A stretch of DNA of 64,000 bases from Phoronis australis. Taxonomy: Eukaryota > Animalia > Phoronida. Shown one piece after another: positions 36,469 to 50,100 of this stretch. Position numbers and translations under genes: made by a program. Each line of letters starts with the position of its first letter. Position 1 is the first letter of the stretch. The notes beneath the pieces are model-generated. The model saw nothing but the letters and a program-made list of their open reading frames with translations. It ran no database searches and was not told where the DNA came from. The stretch covers positions 141,041 to 205,040 of the forward strand of contig NMRA01000537.1 of assembly GCA_002633005.1 (NCBI GenBank). Direction: 5' to 3'.

Positions 36469-38112
36469 AGACACGTAGGGAACCAGCGAGCGTGAATGCT
36501 TGCTTTTTAGCGAAGTCCTAGCGAGTACTAGTGACATCAAATTGGAAAGGTTTCCCAATTATTGGATTCTGACACATCTTCACTGGGTTCGTCACAGAAA
36601 ATTTCACCTTACCAGTCAGTATCGGATGTTCATAGCGACACTCCACTGTATCGTTCCAGATTCTTCCATCGAACGTTTTCAGGTTTCAACAGTTGCGCCA
36701 AACATTGAAAAATCATGATTTTATCGGAAATTTTTGAATTTCACGGTATGATCGGTTAGCTTAAAAGTTCAGACTGTAGAGATCAGTTGTGAAGTAACAT
36801 GATGAAGGACAAAGTGAAGAGGTCTAGAGAAACATTGCATGGTCTTTCAAAGTTTCATCTTTGGACATGTAGCTGTACGCGGAACTCTCTGACATGTTTG
36901 AGCATCTAAGCATATGTCCTGGTTTAGACGTCTGTCGAATAGGCCTATACAAATGGAATTGGAAGGATGCGGAAACGCACAGTGAATAGCTATAAGGTTT
37001 TTAATGTACACCACCACTAAACATTCAAAAGGGGGGCTGAAGCTAAAACAGCTGTGAGGGTAAAACGGGATGTCGGTGGGAGATGAAGGCAAACAGGTGG
37101 AAGAGGAGTTATAGGTGGTGACCGAAGAGGCAAAGGAGAAGGGGTCATTGACTGGGCGGGGGATGGCACTCATACATTTCGCCGCCTGACCCCACCCCTT
37201 GATGAACGAGGCCTTCCTACACTTTCGTATTTGCTTACGATGTTTCAGCATCGGTAAATCTCTGCCGTTTCATGCTTACCGGAAGGGATATAGCTGAATA
37301 CTAGTTTCCTTTAAAAAAAGTCGTGGTGGTCTACTTTTTAATGTGGGCGATTCCTCAACCGATATTCACGGAGTTTTTTTAAGTCTCGATCCTTACTAGT
37401 AGCCTGATTGTAGTCTAAAACAAGGTTAGCTGGCGACTGCAGAAGTGTTCGTTCAAAGCATGCATCAAGAGGCCCCCCCAGGGTTCATATCAAATAAGAG
37501 TGATTTCATAGTGGGTGTTGACGATGAGGCCATAATGTTTGGATTTCTGTGGATTATAGTTGCCAGTAATAATAAATGAATACAACACTCCTCATGGGTT
37601 GACAGGAAGTGACATATTTATTCATCTTCAAACAAAAAGAGAGCATGCATACAACTACCCTAGGCTGGTGAACAATGGATGGCGCCACATGACGGACACA
37701 GCTCAACATTGGGATATATCATCACTATTCTTAACACAGTCATTGTATTTTTCGTTCAACTTTACTAAGCCTGTGTTGCTGTCCAGAACGCTTTTAGTTC
37801 TTTCTTTTTTGTTTCCTCATTCCGTTAGGGAGTGTTGGTGCATTAAAGATAACGGCAACTCTCGGTCCGTTTTATATGTATTCATCAGTGACAACGTAAT
37901 TTTGACAGTAGCCTTGAAAATTTGCCGATTGAAAACAGTGACGAGCAATGTAATGTCACCCTCACTATCAGTGAGCCCATTAGGCAACATAGCCATTTAA
38001 TCGTTAGGCATCCTAGTTATTATCTCCCGTTAGCGTTAACAGTTAAATTAGTTTAACGATGGCTCCATCTTCTATGTGATTCAGACTAGTACACACATGT
38101 TTACACTGTACG

Positions 38113-41100
38113 ATGAAGGTCGTTTTCCCTGTGCTTTACTTGTTAACAGTGGTCTTCCTGCAAGGTGAGATTTTGACGCTGCCGATATGATGATATACTT
38201 TTAGTCGTCAATTGAGAAATTTATTATTCAATCATGGCATAATGTGACTGTGCTTGGAAGGCATTTTTTTTAACTATTCTAAGACAATGTTGGAACAAGA
38301 TTTCTTCTGTCACTGCTCATTTTTTAACAATTTAATAGTGTTAGCCGCAGTCATGCCGTAATTTAATTCCTAATCACAGACAATTAGATCAGACTGAAAT
38401 CGCAAATTGCAAACAGGAACAGTCTTTGCTATTACCGTGTGTAATTTGGAACGTCGTATTCAATAGCCACAACAAGGGTTCCACAACAGAACGTGAACCA
38501 AACAACAGATGGCACTACGTGAACCTTAAAACATTACTCCTAAAGGGAAAATTTCATTCCAAGAGCGAAAAACAGCGTCATATACACCTTTCACATACAT
38601 AATCTTTCGTTAGCACCTAGCAGGTTACCTTTTTACTGCTGGTTTTATTATTTCCATAGCAACGACACAAAAAGAGCAAGTTTCCAGCGGCCAAATGCAT
38701 GAAATAGTCCCGAATAGGGACTCAACTAAGGTCCCTAAGCCTTTTTGAGTATTTTTGTCTTTACGGACTCACAAATGCAATAGTTTTCTACCATTTTGTC
38801 TTTATTATGAGCTCCTCTTTAATTAATGACATTTTCTAATGATATAACTAAAAACGGAGCCCTGAGTTCCTCGAAGATAACAAGGGACTCAGTCATTAAA
38901 TTGGAGGTGTTCTATGAAAAGATCCCTACTTATTTTCGATAATATTGACAATTCAACGTGGAGTTTACTCTCGACTTGCATCAAGGTCAACAGTTGACTT
39001 ACTAATGAAACTAACACAACATAAGAAAGGACAATCGATGATTTTACAAGTCCAAAAATACGCAGTGGACTTAGGGAACTTAGTCGAGTCCCTAATTGGG
39101 ACTGTTTCATGCAACCGAGTACAGATATCTTGAGCTTAGTTATAGTCCAATAGTAGCCTTGTGTTAGTAGGGACTTGTTTTCCGCCCAATTTTTCGTTTT
39201 GTCCGTAGGAGTTCCTCCATTCAGTTGTGAGGAATGTTGAGCGTAGTGCCGGGCTCATGACTAGAGGAGTCTGACATTGGCTCGTTACGGACGATGTTGC
39301 AGAAAAACAAAAATGGCATAGTCGGGCAAACTGACACCCTGGGTCTCTTTTGGATCCGCGCCTGCTATATTCAGGGAACACTGTTATGATTTGTTGATCC
39401 ATAAAAGAACAGTGTGGTGCAATGAAACACTCCGCATTTGTTTGCATTTGGGGTTGCAGGAAATCCATTTCAGCATACAGCAAGTATCCAGCACACGCGG
39501 GACATATTGGTCAACTCAAATTGTGTGCCTGGCAGAGATAAGAAGCCCTAAGTCAGGTTCTTTATCGTCAAAGGATGACCCCAAGTTCCAGTTGAACTAT
39601 TACCTGTACCTAAAGAGTGCCTTGTTATAAATCCGTTCACTATTATAGAAGGAAAAAGTCATCATAATGCTACGTTTTTATAGGTCCATGCGCTTATATC
39701 CGAAATAATACGTTTTTTGAAAGAAAATCGTTTACTCAAGTGTTTGCATATAGGTATATGCGCCTATGTTTCGCTTTTAGGCTCCATACAGGGTAGCCAT
39801 GGATACAGGCATACCCATTGTCTTGAATAGCGAAACATTTTTATGCGAATATTTCTGGACTATTTTCGACGACTACAAAATCTGATTGCGATGCTATTTT
39901 TGATGTCGTATAAGGAAAACTATCTGAGGTAGAAACTTGAAACTTCGAGAGCTCATTTGTACTTGAATGATTTCTGCTGACTGGTGAGTTAATTCTGGAG
40001 TACGTGCACAGCATAATTTTGTATTTTAGATCAAGTTGAAAATTACCTAGGAGCAAATTACAATTTTTTCGGTCTGAGCTTCACTAGCATATCCTAGCTT
40101 AGAACTCTGATAAGACGATCTGTTAGGCTTCACGCAAGTAGGAATAACAGGTTCCGGTTACAATTGCGTGATCAACTGTGGGGGATTGGTCTTGGGTTTT
40201 CATATTTGTAAGCAAAGAGTGAATAACGAGTAAATTAGTGATTGAACCGGACCTGAATGGTGCTTGGAAAGATATTAAAGAAGTGCTTGACAGACTTGCA
40301 CCATAAATTAATCTTCCCAATAAAAATAACAAAATTGCCTGTATTTTTTAACTAGGTAACTGTGCAGTGCTAGACGTCATGATCATGCAAGCCAGCTCGA
40401 CCATGTGATTCTTCACTAGTCAAACATTCCAGTTGTAAACAAATATATGATGCATATCAATATCCGCACGTTTACTTTTAAGCGTAGCATTTTTCAAACG
40501 ATTCGTGTATAGCCGCCCGGAAATAGACGCAGCTTCGAACATTGCTTCGTGCTTGTACGGTCGGGTGTCAAAACTGGGTTCAACAACGCTAGAGCCTCGT
40601 CAAGACCGCCAGATATTGCCGTGTATTTTAAATGCAAACTCTTAATTTTGGCTAGCTTTTTCTCGCCGTGAGACAGTTGTTGAACTCTACAATGGTGTCA
40701 CTTTTATGAAAATAGCTATCAAAATGACTAATAAAGCCTTTTTGAAAACAAAATCAATCCTTGAACGAGAAAATAGTGCTAAGCCGGGTGTGAAATTACA
40801 CTAGTAAAGTGATCAAATATCGCGGTCGCAGAGTGTTGAAAAGCGGGACATTTTGATGGCGAAAAAAATTCAAAAGTGGGGCAGTCCACAAAGAGCGGGA
40901 CAGTTGACAAGTACACTGTACGTTGTCAGCAACACAGCGTGGGGTTGGATTTTTAAAGGTAAACTTCCATTTTTCAAATTTAATTTCACCGATTTACTAT
41001 ATCAACTGCCAAGAAATCGAATTAAAAAAGTATCTGGCCAACAGGTAAACATTGCACAAATGAGTTATTATAGAAACAATTGAAAACAGTAATAATCTAT

Positions 41101-44100
41101 ACAAACGCAAACACACAAACTTGGATACCAATATACGAGTAGTTTTTCGAAAGTCACGTAAACACACCTGCTAGATGGGGCAAAACATTTCATTTATAAG
41201 TGCAGAACAAACACCCAGAAACCAAATATCACTTATTTCCACAAAATACTGTAACATGATTTTAACATCAAAAATGTCTAGCATGTAGTTTGATAGGTTG
41301 TCGAAAGTGGTTCTAAGACTAGAGATGAAAAGATATCAGAGGCCAGACTATTCCCGGAATCCGGCCAGGGCCACGGCGCAAGTCGTGTTTTGCGGGTGCA
41401 CGGTCGTATTTGGGTCACTTAGTCACGTTTATGAATGCGGAGTTTTTTCCAAAAGTGCCTGAGCCGTGTTGCTTATTGAAGTAATCTTTCAAATTTCACA
41501 AGTGTCGTGTATTCAACCAGTTTTGCAATATACCTTACTAAATTTTGACTCGAGTTTCCAAAAAAGTTTTGTCTTTGACGGAGTGCTTAATTGTTGAATA
41601 TAACTTTGTGATATAACGTCTAGTGAAAGAAAATCCAATGTGACTCGTTTTATTTTCAAGAACATTCACTTTTTATGATTTCGAAGGTAGGTGGTACATG
41701 GGCGAGATTTTTTTTGCGTTTCTGTTTGTGTGTGTGTGTGTGTGCGTGCGTGCGTTGTGTGTGCGCTGTGTGCGTGTGCGTGTGTGTGTGTATGACAGAT
41801 ACTATATCTATACATCGACAGTTCTGAGTCTACTTGTTCTGATTAATCTCATTTTCAGGGACACCAGCTTCAGTGTGTCGGGCTAAAGCAGACGTCGTTT
41901 TCCTATTGGACAGTTCGCTAAGTCTTGGAGCAACCAACTTTAACCTCTGCAAGACATTTGTTGCTGACGTAATCAAGAGCTTTGCAATTGGTGTCCATGA
42001 CATTCAAGTTGGGCTTGCAGTTTTCAGTGACCATCCGCATTTGCAGTTTCATCTGAATGCATACACCAACATAGACGACATCCTTTCTGCAATTAGTTCG
42101 ACTCCATACTATGGAAGAACAACATTTACCCACGCTGCTATTAAAATGATGCGAGAAGAGATGTATCTTCCACGAAATGGCGATCGGCCAGACGCACCGA
42201 ACATCGCCATCTTAGTATGGGATGGGGTTTCAAATTTGCCTCTAAAAACGATACAGGAAGCTGACAAATCGAGGACAACGAAGATTATACCATACATTAT
42301 GGGCGTAGGTGTTGGCATTGGCGTCATATCTTTAGAAATGGCAGAGGTGGCTAATAAACCAACGGCTGAATGGGTAACACTGGCGAAGACGTTCGGTAAT
42401 TTGGCTGGAATAAAAGACAGGGTGGTTCAACAGGCGTGTAAAGGTATTTTATTTCACAAAAGGTGTAGTTCCTTGAATAGGGACGGAAAGCGAGTACGTC
42501 ACCCCCTAGCACCTACTCCAAATTGGAGAAGTCATGTGGTGGCGGCCTATTCCCATACATTTACATATTTGTTCAAATCAGCAGAATTCAACAAAACTAT
42601 CCTTTTAAAATCTGTAGCTCGTGCCACAGAGCCTGCGAATCGTATAGATTACCATATTAAGCACGTGTGCTCCAAAATAAATCTTAATTGGTGATTTCAC
42701 AATCACAATTCTTGGTCATAGATGGCGCCAGTAAGGTGACGTCAAACTTTTGCCCCGTTTTCCCCGATGCTGCTACAGTGACGTAGGTTATTTTAACTTT
42801 GTTGCTATGGCAATGCTACCACTGAACGATCTAAAAGTGGTAGCTTGGAAATAGATGGTTCATCACATACAGCGCTTGTGCTCATATTAAATGTTTGATC
42901 AACATTTCAAAACGTCATAAGTTAAGTTCATAAGTCAGTTTGCGTATTGCAGGGATAGTTACCCTCGGATTCGGTGGGATGAAATAGTTAGAGAAAGACT
43001 CGGTGAAACACTGCAGAAGAGAGACAACTTAAGATTCAAAAAGAAAACGTGTCAACTGCCAGCGTCGTATGTTTTTTTCTTACATGACCTGGAATGTGTT
43101 ACGACATAGGCGACTGGTTAATAACACCGAGTACGTAATTTCTTTGATATTACATGGGCAAATCACAAAGTAGTGCAAAGTAAAAATCCATACACCTTAC
43201 ATTTTATCGTCTGCAAAACAATAAAAGCAACTAAACGCGCGCCAACCAAACAATGCCGGAATTCCGAGAAGGTGACAAGGTTATGATTGACAAATCGGGT
43301 GTCGCTTCTGTACGTACTCCCAATCGGAAGAACATGCAAACAACTTCTTAAACGGACCCATCTTCGGCGGCGAATTCCATATATCCACGTTCATTCAAAC
43401 GGAGACGAGCCCCAGCTCAAGAAACGCTGCAAGACTCTATATAGCTGCGCTGCCTGAAGGTCAATTCAGTGCTCACGCGCGGGAAAGCCTTGCTGGCTGT
43501 TATTTATTGATATTTTTAGTTTTAATATCACAACTTCAAAGACTATTTATTATATTCAATCTTGGATATTTGCTACGCAAGCAGAATGCTATTTACATTT
43601 GCGCAGCTAAAAATAAACCTATTAACAAAAAGTAACTGAATTACTTTACATTGCGCGAGTATGTTTTTACAAAAGTTGCGTCGTGTGGTTGAAACTTTTA
43701 GGCACGTCGGGTTTTTCAGCAAAAATATCGTTTTTACGGTTCATGTGAGAAAACAAATCCTACACGAGTCTCAGATTTATGACACTGGCAAAACCTCTTG
43801 GAAATTTCGTCGAAGTCCCGAGGCTTGCCGAGGGATTTTGACGAAATTTCCAAGAGGTTTTGCCCATATCATAAACCTGAGACTCGCGTCTATTTAAGGA
43901 GGCTGTGGCAGTAAATCCGTATTTATCTGGAAAGTAGATAAAATTTCAAAGCACTAAACATGATCATGCAAAGAGTTAGTGTCAAACGGGTGCCAAGCCC
44001 TGTTTTGGTGATTTCAGCCAATCCTCATTCTGTCACTTGCTCCTGCATCATTGCGGCCAATCTTAAAAGATAAAAGCAGGAACCATCTAAAAACTTATAC

Positions 44101-47100
44101 TCCTTACGTCACAGATTGGGCATTATGGTTCTAAGCGGGTGGTCTTTCTCCGCCATAGTTGCCTTGCACGAGTTCGCTAAAAACGTTGATCAGGCTTGCC
44201 CGGCGTATTTTTCTGACTTCGAAAGGATTTCCCTCCAAACTTTTGAGGGCTGTCCAGGGTTATGGAGCATTATTTTGTTTCACGGAATTGGTTGGGAATG
44301 TCATTTTTAATATCTGTTAATAGGACAAAACCGGCGTGCCTTCAGTAACCCTAGGACCTAGCTAAAATGTAACGGAAGTCACGTGTTCTCATTCAAAATA
44401 CGCCGCAACATCTCACGAAATTACATGTGGTGTTCTGGAAGGCCTCGGGAGTGAAGAAAAATCTGAAACGGTATTTTCTTAGCCTCGAATTTTCCCAGCG
44501 TAGATGAACGTTATCTGTGTGTGTGCGGTTTTCAGTAGTACGTGACTTTCAAACTAAAGAATGCTGGCCATATGACGGAAGTTAGCAAATAGAAAAACAA
44601 CGTTCACCTCCGAGGAAACTTATGATATTGCAAAAATATTCGATGTTTTCTAAACTCTAAAGAAGGTCTGACATGGAATCAAAACCTGATTGCTCAACCT
44701 GACTGAGTTCACCAGTCAGCTTAGGTGGAACTTACGGAGAGGTCCGTTATGCGACATTACTGTGGTACTATATAACAGTACATTGTTGTATTATATTCCA
44801 TGTATTCTAATAATTGCAAAGGTGAGTCACGGCGGCATCTGGCGTTTTACAGTGGAATGTACATACTCCATATAATGAATTGCTTTCAGTCACTACAGCT
44901 CCAGTGTGCCGCGCAAAAGCGGACGTCGTTTTCCTATTGGACAGCTCCCGCAGCATGGGGTATTCCAACTTCAAACTATGCAAGAAGTTAGCTGCTGAAG
45001 TCATCAACAGTTTTGCTATTAGCGCTTATGAAATTCAAGTAGGGCTGGTGAGCTTCAGCGACGATGCTTATTTAGAATTCCACTTGAATTCGTACAGCAC
45101 CATACATGACATCCAAGCCGCGGTTAGGAAGATTCCTTACTATGGAAGAGGAACTTCGACGCACTCTGCTATCAAAATGATGCGACAAACGATGTTTCTG
45201 CCACAAAATGGCGATAGGTCAGATGCGCCAAACATCGCCATCTTATTGACGGATGGGATTTCAAGTTATCCTGTACAAACGATATTAGAAGCTGACAAGA
45301 CGAGATCGATGAAAATTGTTACTCACATCATGGCCATAGGGGTAGGCTTGGGCATCATACCTCTAGAGCTGTCACAGGTCGCTGACAAACCAACATCTAA
45401 ATGGGTAACATTGGTCAAGAAGGTCGACGATTTGTTTGAAACAAAGAGCAGGATTGCCCAGCTTCTAGCATGCAAAGGTATTTTCTTTTACATAGATGTA
45501 TGATCTTGTCTCTAACAAATGCTACCATGGTAGGTTTAGTCAGCATTTGATTGTGGATTTGTTTATGAACGTATTAGAGTGTTGCGCTGCTTAAAAATCA
45601 TAAATAGCTGCGAAACTAGAAACACGATCAACAAATGTTTGTTTTGAAGTTCTTGTTAACTGTTCCACATAGAATAGTAATTTATTGAATTATTGCTGCT
45701 TATTCTTCAAAAAACAAAATATTCTAGTATTCCATTTCTTTTGCAACACACGTCTATACAGATTACGCCTTTGTGTACTACTTTTGGGTCACTGCCTGCT
45801 CACTCCAATTGTCGTATACTAGTGTTTAGCTCGAAAAATAGTATCTGAATTATTTGGCTTCACACTCTGATTAGTCGTTTAACAAATTCGGGATGTGTAG
45901 ACAAGGCTTGTTCAGAAGTCACGTACTAAAATGTGTCTCTGCAGTTTGGCAATAACCTTTTCTTAAACAGAACGCGTTTTAACGCATTTTTTTAAAAAGC
46001 CCTGTTGACACACTTTGATTTTCGCACATATGCTACTTTTGGATCGTTTTCAATATCAACTTCGCACCATTTTTTTTTGTCCTAAAATCCACACGTTCCG
46101 ATTAAACGTAAGCGGCAATCGTATACGACGTCGTATGCAAAAACAATCTGAGTGCATAGACAGGGCTTTGGACGTCACGTGTTATATAACTATGGTTTGG
46201 CACCCCATCGCGAAAACAAATCTCCTGTCTACACACACTCCAACTTTCGTATGGATTCCTTATTTGACTTCATGTACGCATTGGATTCCTGTATACACAT
46301 TACAATAGGCTTTTTAGCTCGAATTATCCCGTTGGAGCATCTGTCTGCACACTCCGATTAGTCGTATATAATTGTCATATGCATTTGTATACCATTTATC
46401 GTATACGAAAAATCAGAGAGCGTAGATGTGTTGATTTGTTTCAGATGTCAACGAATGTGAAAACAATAATGGCGGTTGTGACCATAAATGTATCAATACC
46501 GACGGGTCGTTCAAGTGTGAGTGTAATACAGGTTACATCATGGAAAACAACACGTGTGTAATCGACCAACCGTGTCAGCGACTCTCTCATGGTTGTCCGC
46601 ATTTTTGTGTTAGCATGGGTTCTTCGTACTTCTGTCTGTGTAAACCGGGTTATCAACTTGTTGGCGGGAAAAAATGCATTGATATCGATGAATGCCTGAA
46701 CAACAACGGCGGATGTCGCCATGTCTGTGTTAACATAGCTGGGTCTTCTCATTGCAAGTGTAGACCCGGCTACAATCTCGTGAATGATACGGAATGCGAA
46801 GACAATAACGAATGCCTTATACAAAATGGCGGATGTGATCATGTCTGTATTAATTCGGTTGGATCCGTCAAATGTAAATGTAGACAGGGTTATAAATTGG
46901 TAAATGGAAAGAAATGCGAAGACTTGAACGAGTGTGTTATGAAAAACGGAGGCTGCGAAGGACAATGCGTTAACACTAACGGTTCTTATGTATGCAAATG
47001 TGGTGCAGGTTATAGATTGCTGAATGGTAGCAAATGTGAAGATGTGGATGAGTGCAAACTAAATAATGGTGGTTGCCAACACGTCTGTTTAAATAGTGCA

Positions 47101-50100
47101 GGTAGTTATGTCTGCAGATGTAGGCCTGGTTACAAGCTGCAGTCGGATGGGACGTGCCTGGATATCAATGAGTGTGTTATAAAAAATGGCGGATGTCAGC
47201 AAAATTGCACCAACTTGCCTGGATCTCACACGTGTTCGTGCTTTGAGGGTTTTGTGTCAGATGGAACAAACAGCTGCAAAGGTATATAATTACAAAAAAG
47301 TCTAGTAAATCTAAGGTGTTTTAATAACGAAATTTTGGAAAGTTCAAAAGATAAACAACAATGATTTGGGAAAATCATAACTGTTTGACGAAAGAAATGG
47401 ACTGAGATTCAACGTATTACATACGTGAGACCGGATGTTGTTAAACAGGTTCTCGCAGTTTGCCCTAAGATTGGCCCAGGTCACGTGTCACAGAAGCTTA
47501 AGAAGGCGACAATGGCAAACAAAACGCTGCTTCAAATTCTCAGGTAAATCCAGTAAAAAGTTAAAGAAATTTCGTAGCCCTGTCATCTGGTTTTGGAAAC
47601 AGTGGAAAACTTGCTTTAAATTTTATTTCAGGCATTCGGTCGTGCAGAAAAGACAACGGAGGTTGCCAGCACATTTGCAACGAAACGAACGGCGCTGCCA
47701 CTTGCAGTTGTCACCATGGATACAAATTAATTAATGACACTGGATGTGAAGGTACGTGTACAGACACCACAGAATTAAAGAATGGAGGGCCCTCATGGAA
47801 AGAAGTGTGAACTGATAGGGCTACCCTTACTGTAAATGTCACATTAATAAATAAATAAAGAAAGAATTATTATAGTTTTAAGTTGCAGAAGCATGTAGCC
47901 GCCGTTGAATTCTTTTCCGAAGCGCATTGGGATTTAAAAGTATTACGACGCTCATCCGACCTTTAATTCTTGGGGAATGAGCCTGCAACTCAAGTCACAG
48001 GAAACACGTACAAGCGCCATTTTGAATTGCACAATCCCAATAAACTCTCGAGTTGCTAATGGTTTCGATGTTATTGTTGGTAATGGAAAACCAGTCCTAT
48101 CATGGAAAGGACTTTAGAGACTAGCGGCTCAATTAATGTTTTCAGTTTCGTTATTTGTCAGCTAAACACCGAGGAAATGTATTTTTTAAAGTCTATCATA
48201 CTTCTAAGCTGCAACGTTGTCTATTTTCGTCGTATAGCGTCTTCACATGAAAATGCATCATGTTTGTGATATATTTTCGAAACGTCAGACCTCTGTGCCG
48301 TTTCGCTGATATACTTTCGATTTCAAACGCGATATTTCAACATTTCAAGTTTTAATCTCATTTATTACTTTGATTTACTGCTTGTTCCGCAGATATCAAT
48401 GAGTGTCTGGTGAAATATAACGGCTTCTGCAACCACGAGTGTGTTAATTTACCCGGAACGTATGAATGTCGGTGCAACAAAGGTTACCGGATGGTGGCCG
48501 GAGTGTGTAGAGGTAAAATGAGTTCAATTTTGGCCACCGCTGATTTCTGGACAATTAAACAAAAGTTGTACTTGGCAAAGTTGCTCTAAAAACTGTTTTG
48601 ACTGCGGGTGCTACATGCATTTTAAGAGCCCACGAGTCTTTTTTCTATTGTATGAGTTTCTCTTTTATTGTTTTTGTTTACTGTATTCAGTGTGTATTAG
48701 AATAGATGACTTATGAGGAAGATTGCAGAGATGTGCGGTTATTCCGATATGTTATGGTCTAAAAACATGATTGTATTCGACATAGGAGAATTTTTTGTTG
48801 TCTAAATTTCCATTGGTTTGATTGATTTAGTTATCTCCTCCTTCACTACTTCCTTCCTTGTCCTTTAGTCTTTGTTTTTCTCTCCTCCCTTCGTTTTTCT
48901 TCCATCTCTCTGTCCTTCTTCCCGTTCATCTTTTTCTTTTGGACTTGCTATTATTCTGTTTCCATAGTTTTTTTTAATAATTCTAGCTTCTTCCTTATTT
49001 CCGCTTCACCCTCTCTGCTATGCTGATTATTCTTAATCTCTTCCTTTCAAAGTCATTACCTGTTAACTTTCTTCTCTTCCCTCTCACGTGTATGTCCTTC
49101 CCTCCATTCTTCCTCCTTCCTTTGTTCCATCCTTTCTTTAAGCTTGCAATTCCTTCGTCTCCTCCAATTTTCAATAAATAGCTTTCCCCCTTTGTTTTTG
49201 TGCTCCTTATTCGTACGTGTTTGATTTTTATTTCTACACAATTCTATCTTCCCCGTTTCAGCCTTCCTTTTCATTCTTCTATCGATTACATTTGTCTTCA
49301 GTTGCTCTCTGCTAAGCTCTCTTCTATCGTCTCCATCTCGCTTCACCATGTTTCATCCTCCCTTTGGTGTGAGTTTTGCTCTTGATCTTACCTTCCTCTA
49401 CCCATAACCTTTTCTTCTCATCACCGCCAATCTCTCCACTATCACCCTCGTCAGAGCCACCGTCTTTTCCGTCTCAATTTGTGGTTTTACGAACACTGGC
49501 TCCTGATTGCATTTGTCGACGCTTCTAACAGGCCTATGTAATCGCGATGATCTCGACCCACCTCGAAATGGCATTCGCACGTGCACTGGGTTGTCAGACG
49601 ACGACGTTTGCCAAATCACGTGTCAGAAAGGGTACGATTATGGCGGCATTAAAGACCATGCTCTCTACAAGTGTAACCAGCGGACGGATTTCAAATGGAA
49701 AGTGGGTCTTCTAGGTGGCAGGTACACCTCGCTTACCGTGGCTAACTGTATTGGTAAGTCGTTCTGAAATTGTATGCATGGAGAAGGAAGCGTCTTTCAT
49801 CATTTTTCTAATGTCGTGCGACCGGTCGTAGCTTAAGGCGTCTTCACACTATAGTGAATAGGCTTGGCGTATAGGATTTTTGACGTTAGCTGGAATACGC
49901 TGGATTTCTTTTGTCCCTTGCTTTGCGTTCATTGTTATCCGTTGTTAATGCTCTTCCACAACTCTCCAAGGCATCAATTCGTCGGCCTTCAGCGTATGAA
50001 GTCACCTGCTACTCGTCAATTTTTGTTTCTTTACTGAATTTGTGATACTGGGACTGTGCTACAATGTGCCGTCTACACGATATTTACGAAACGGGTCGAT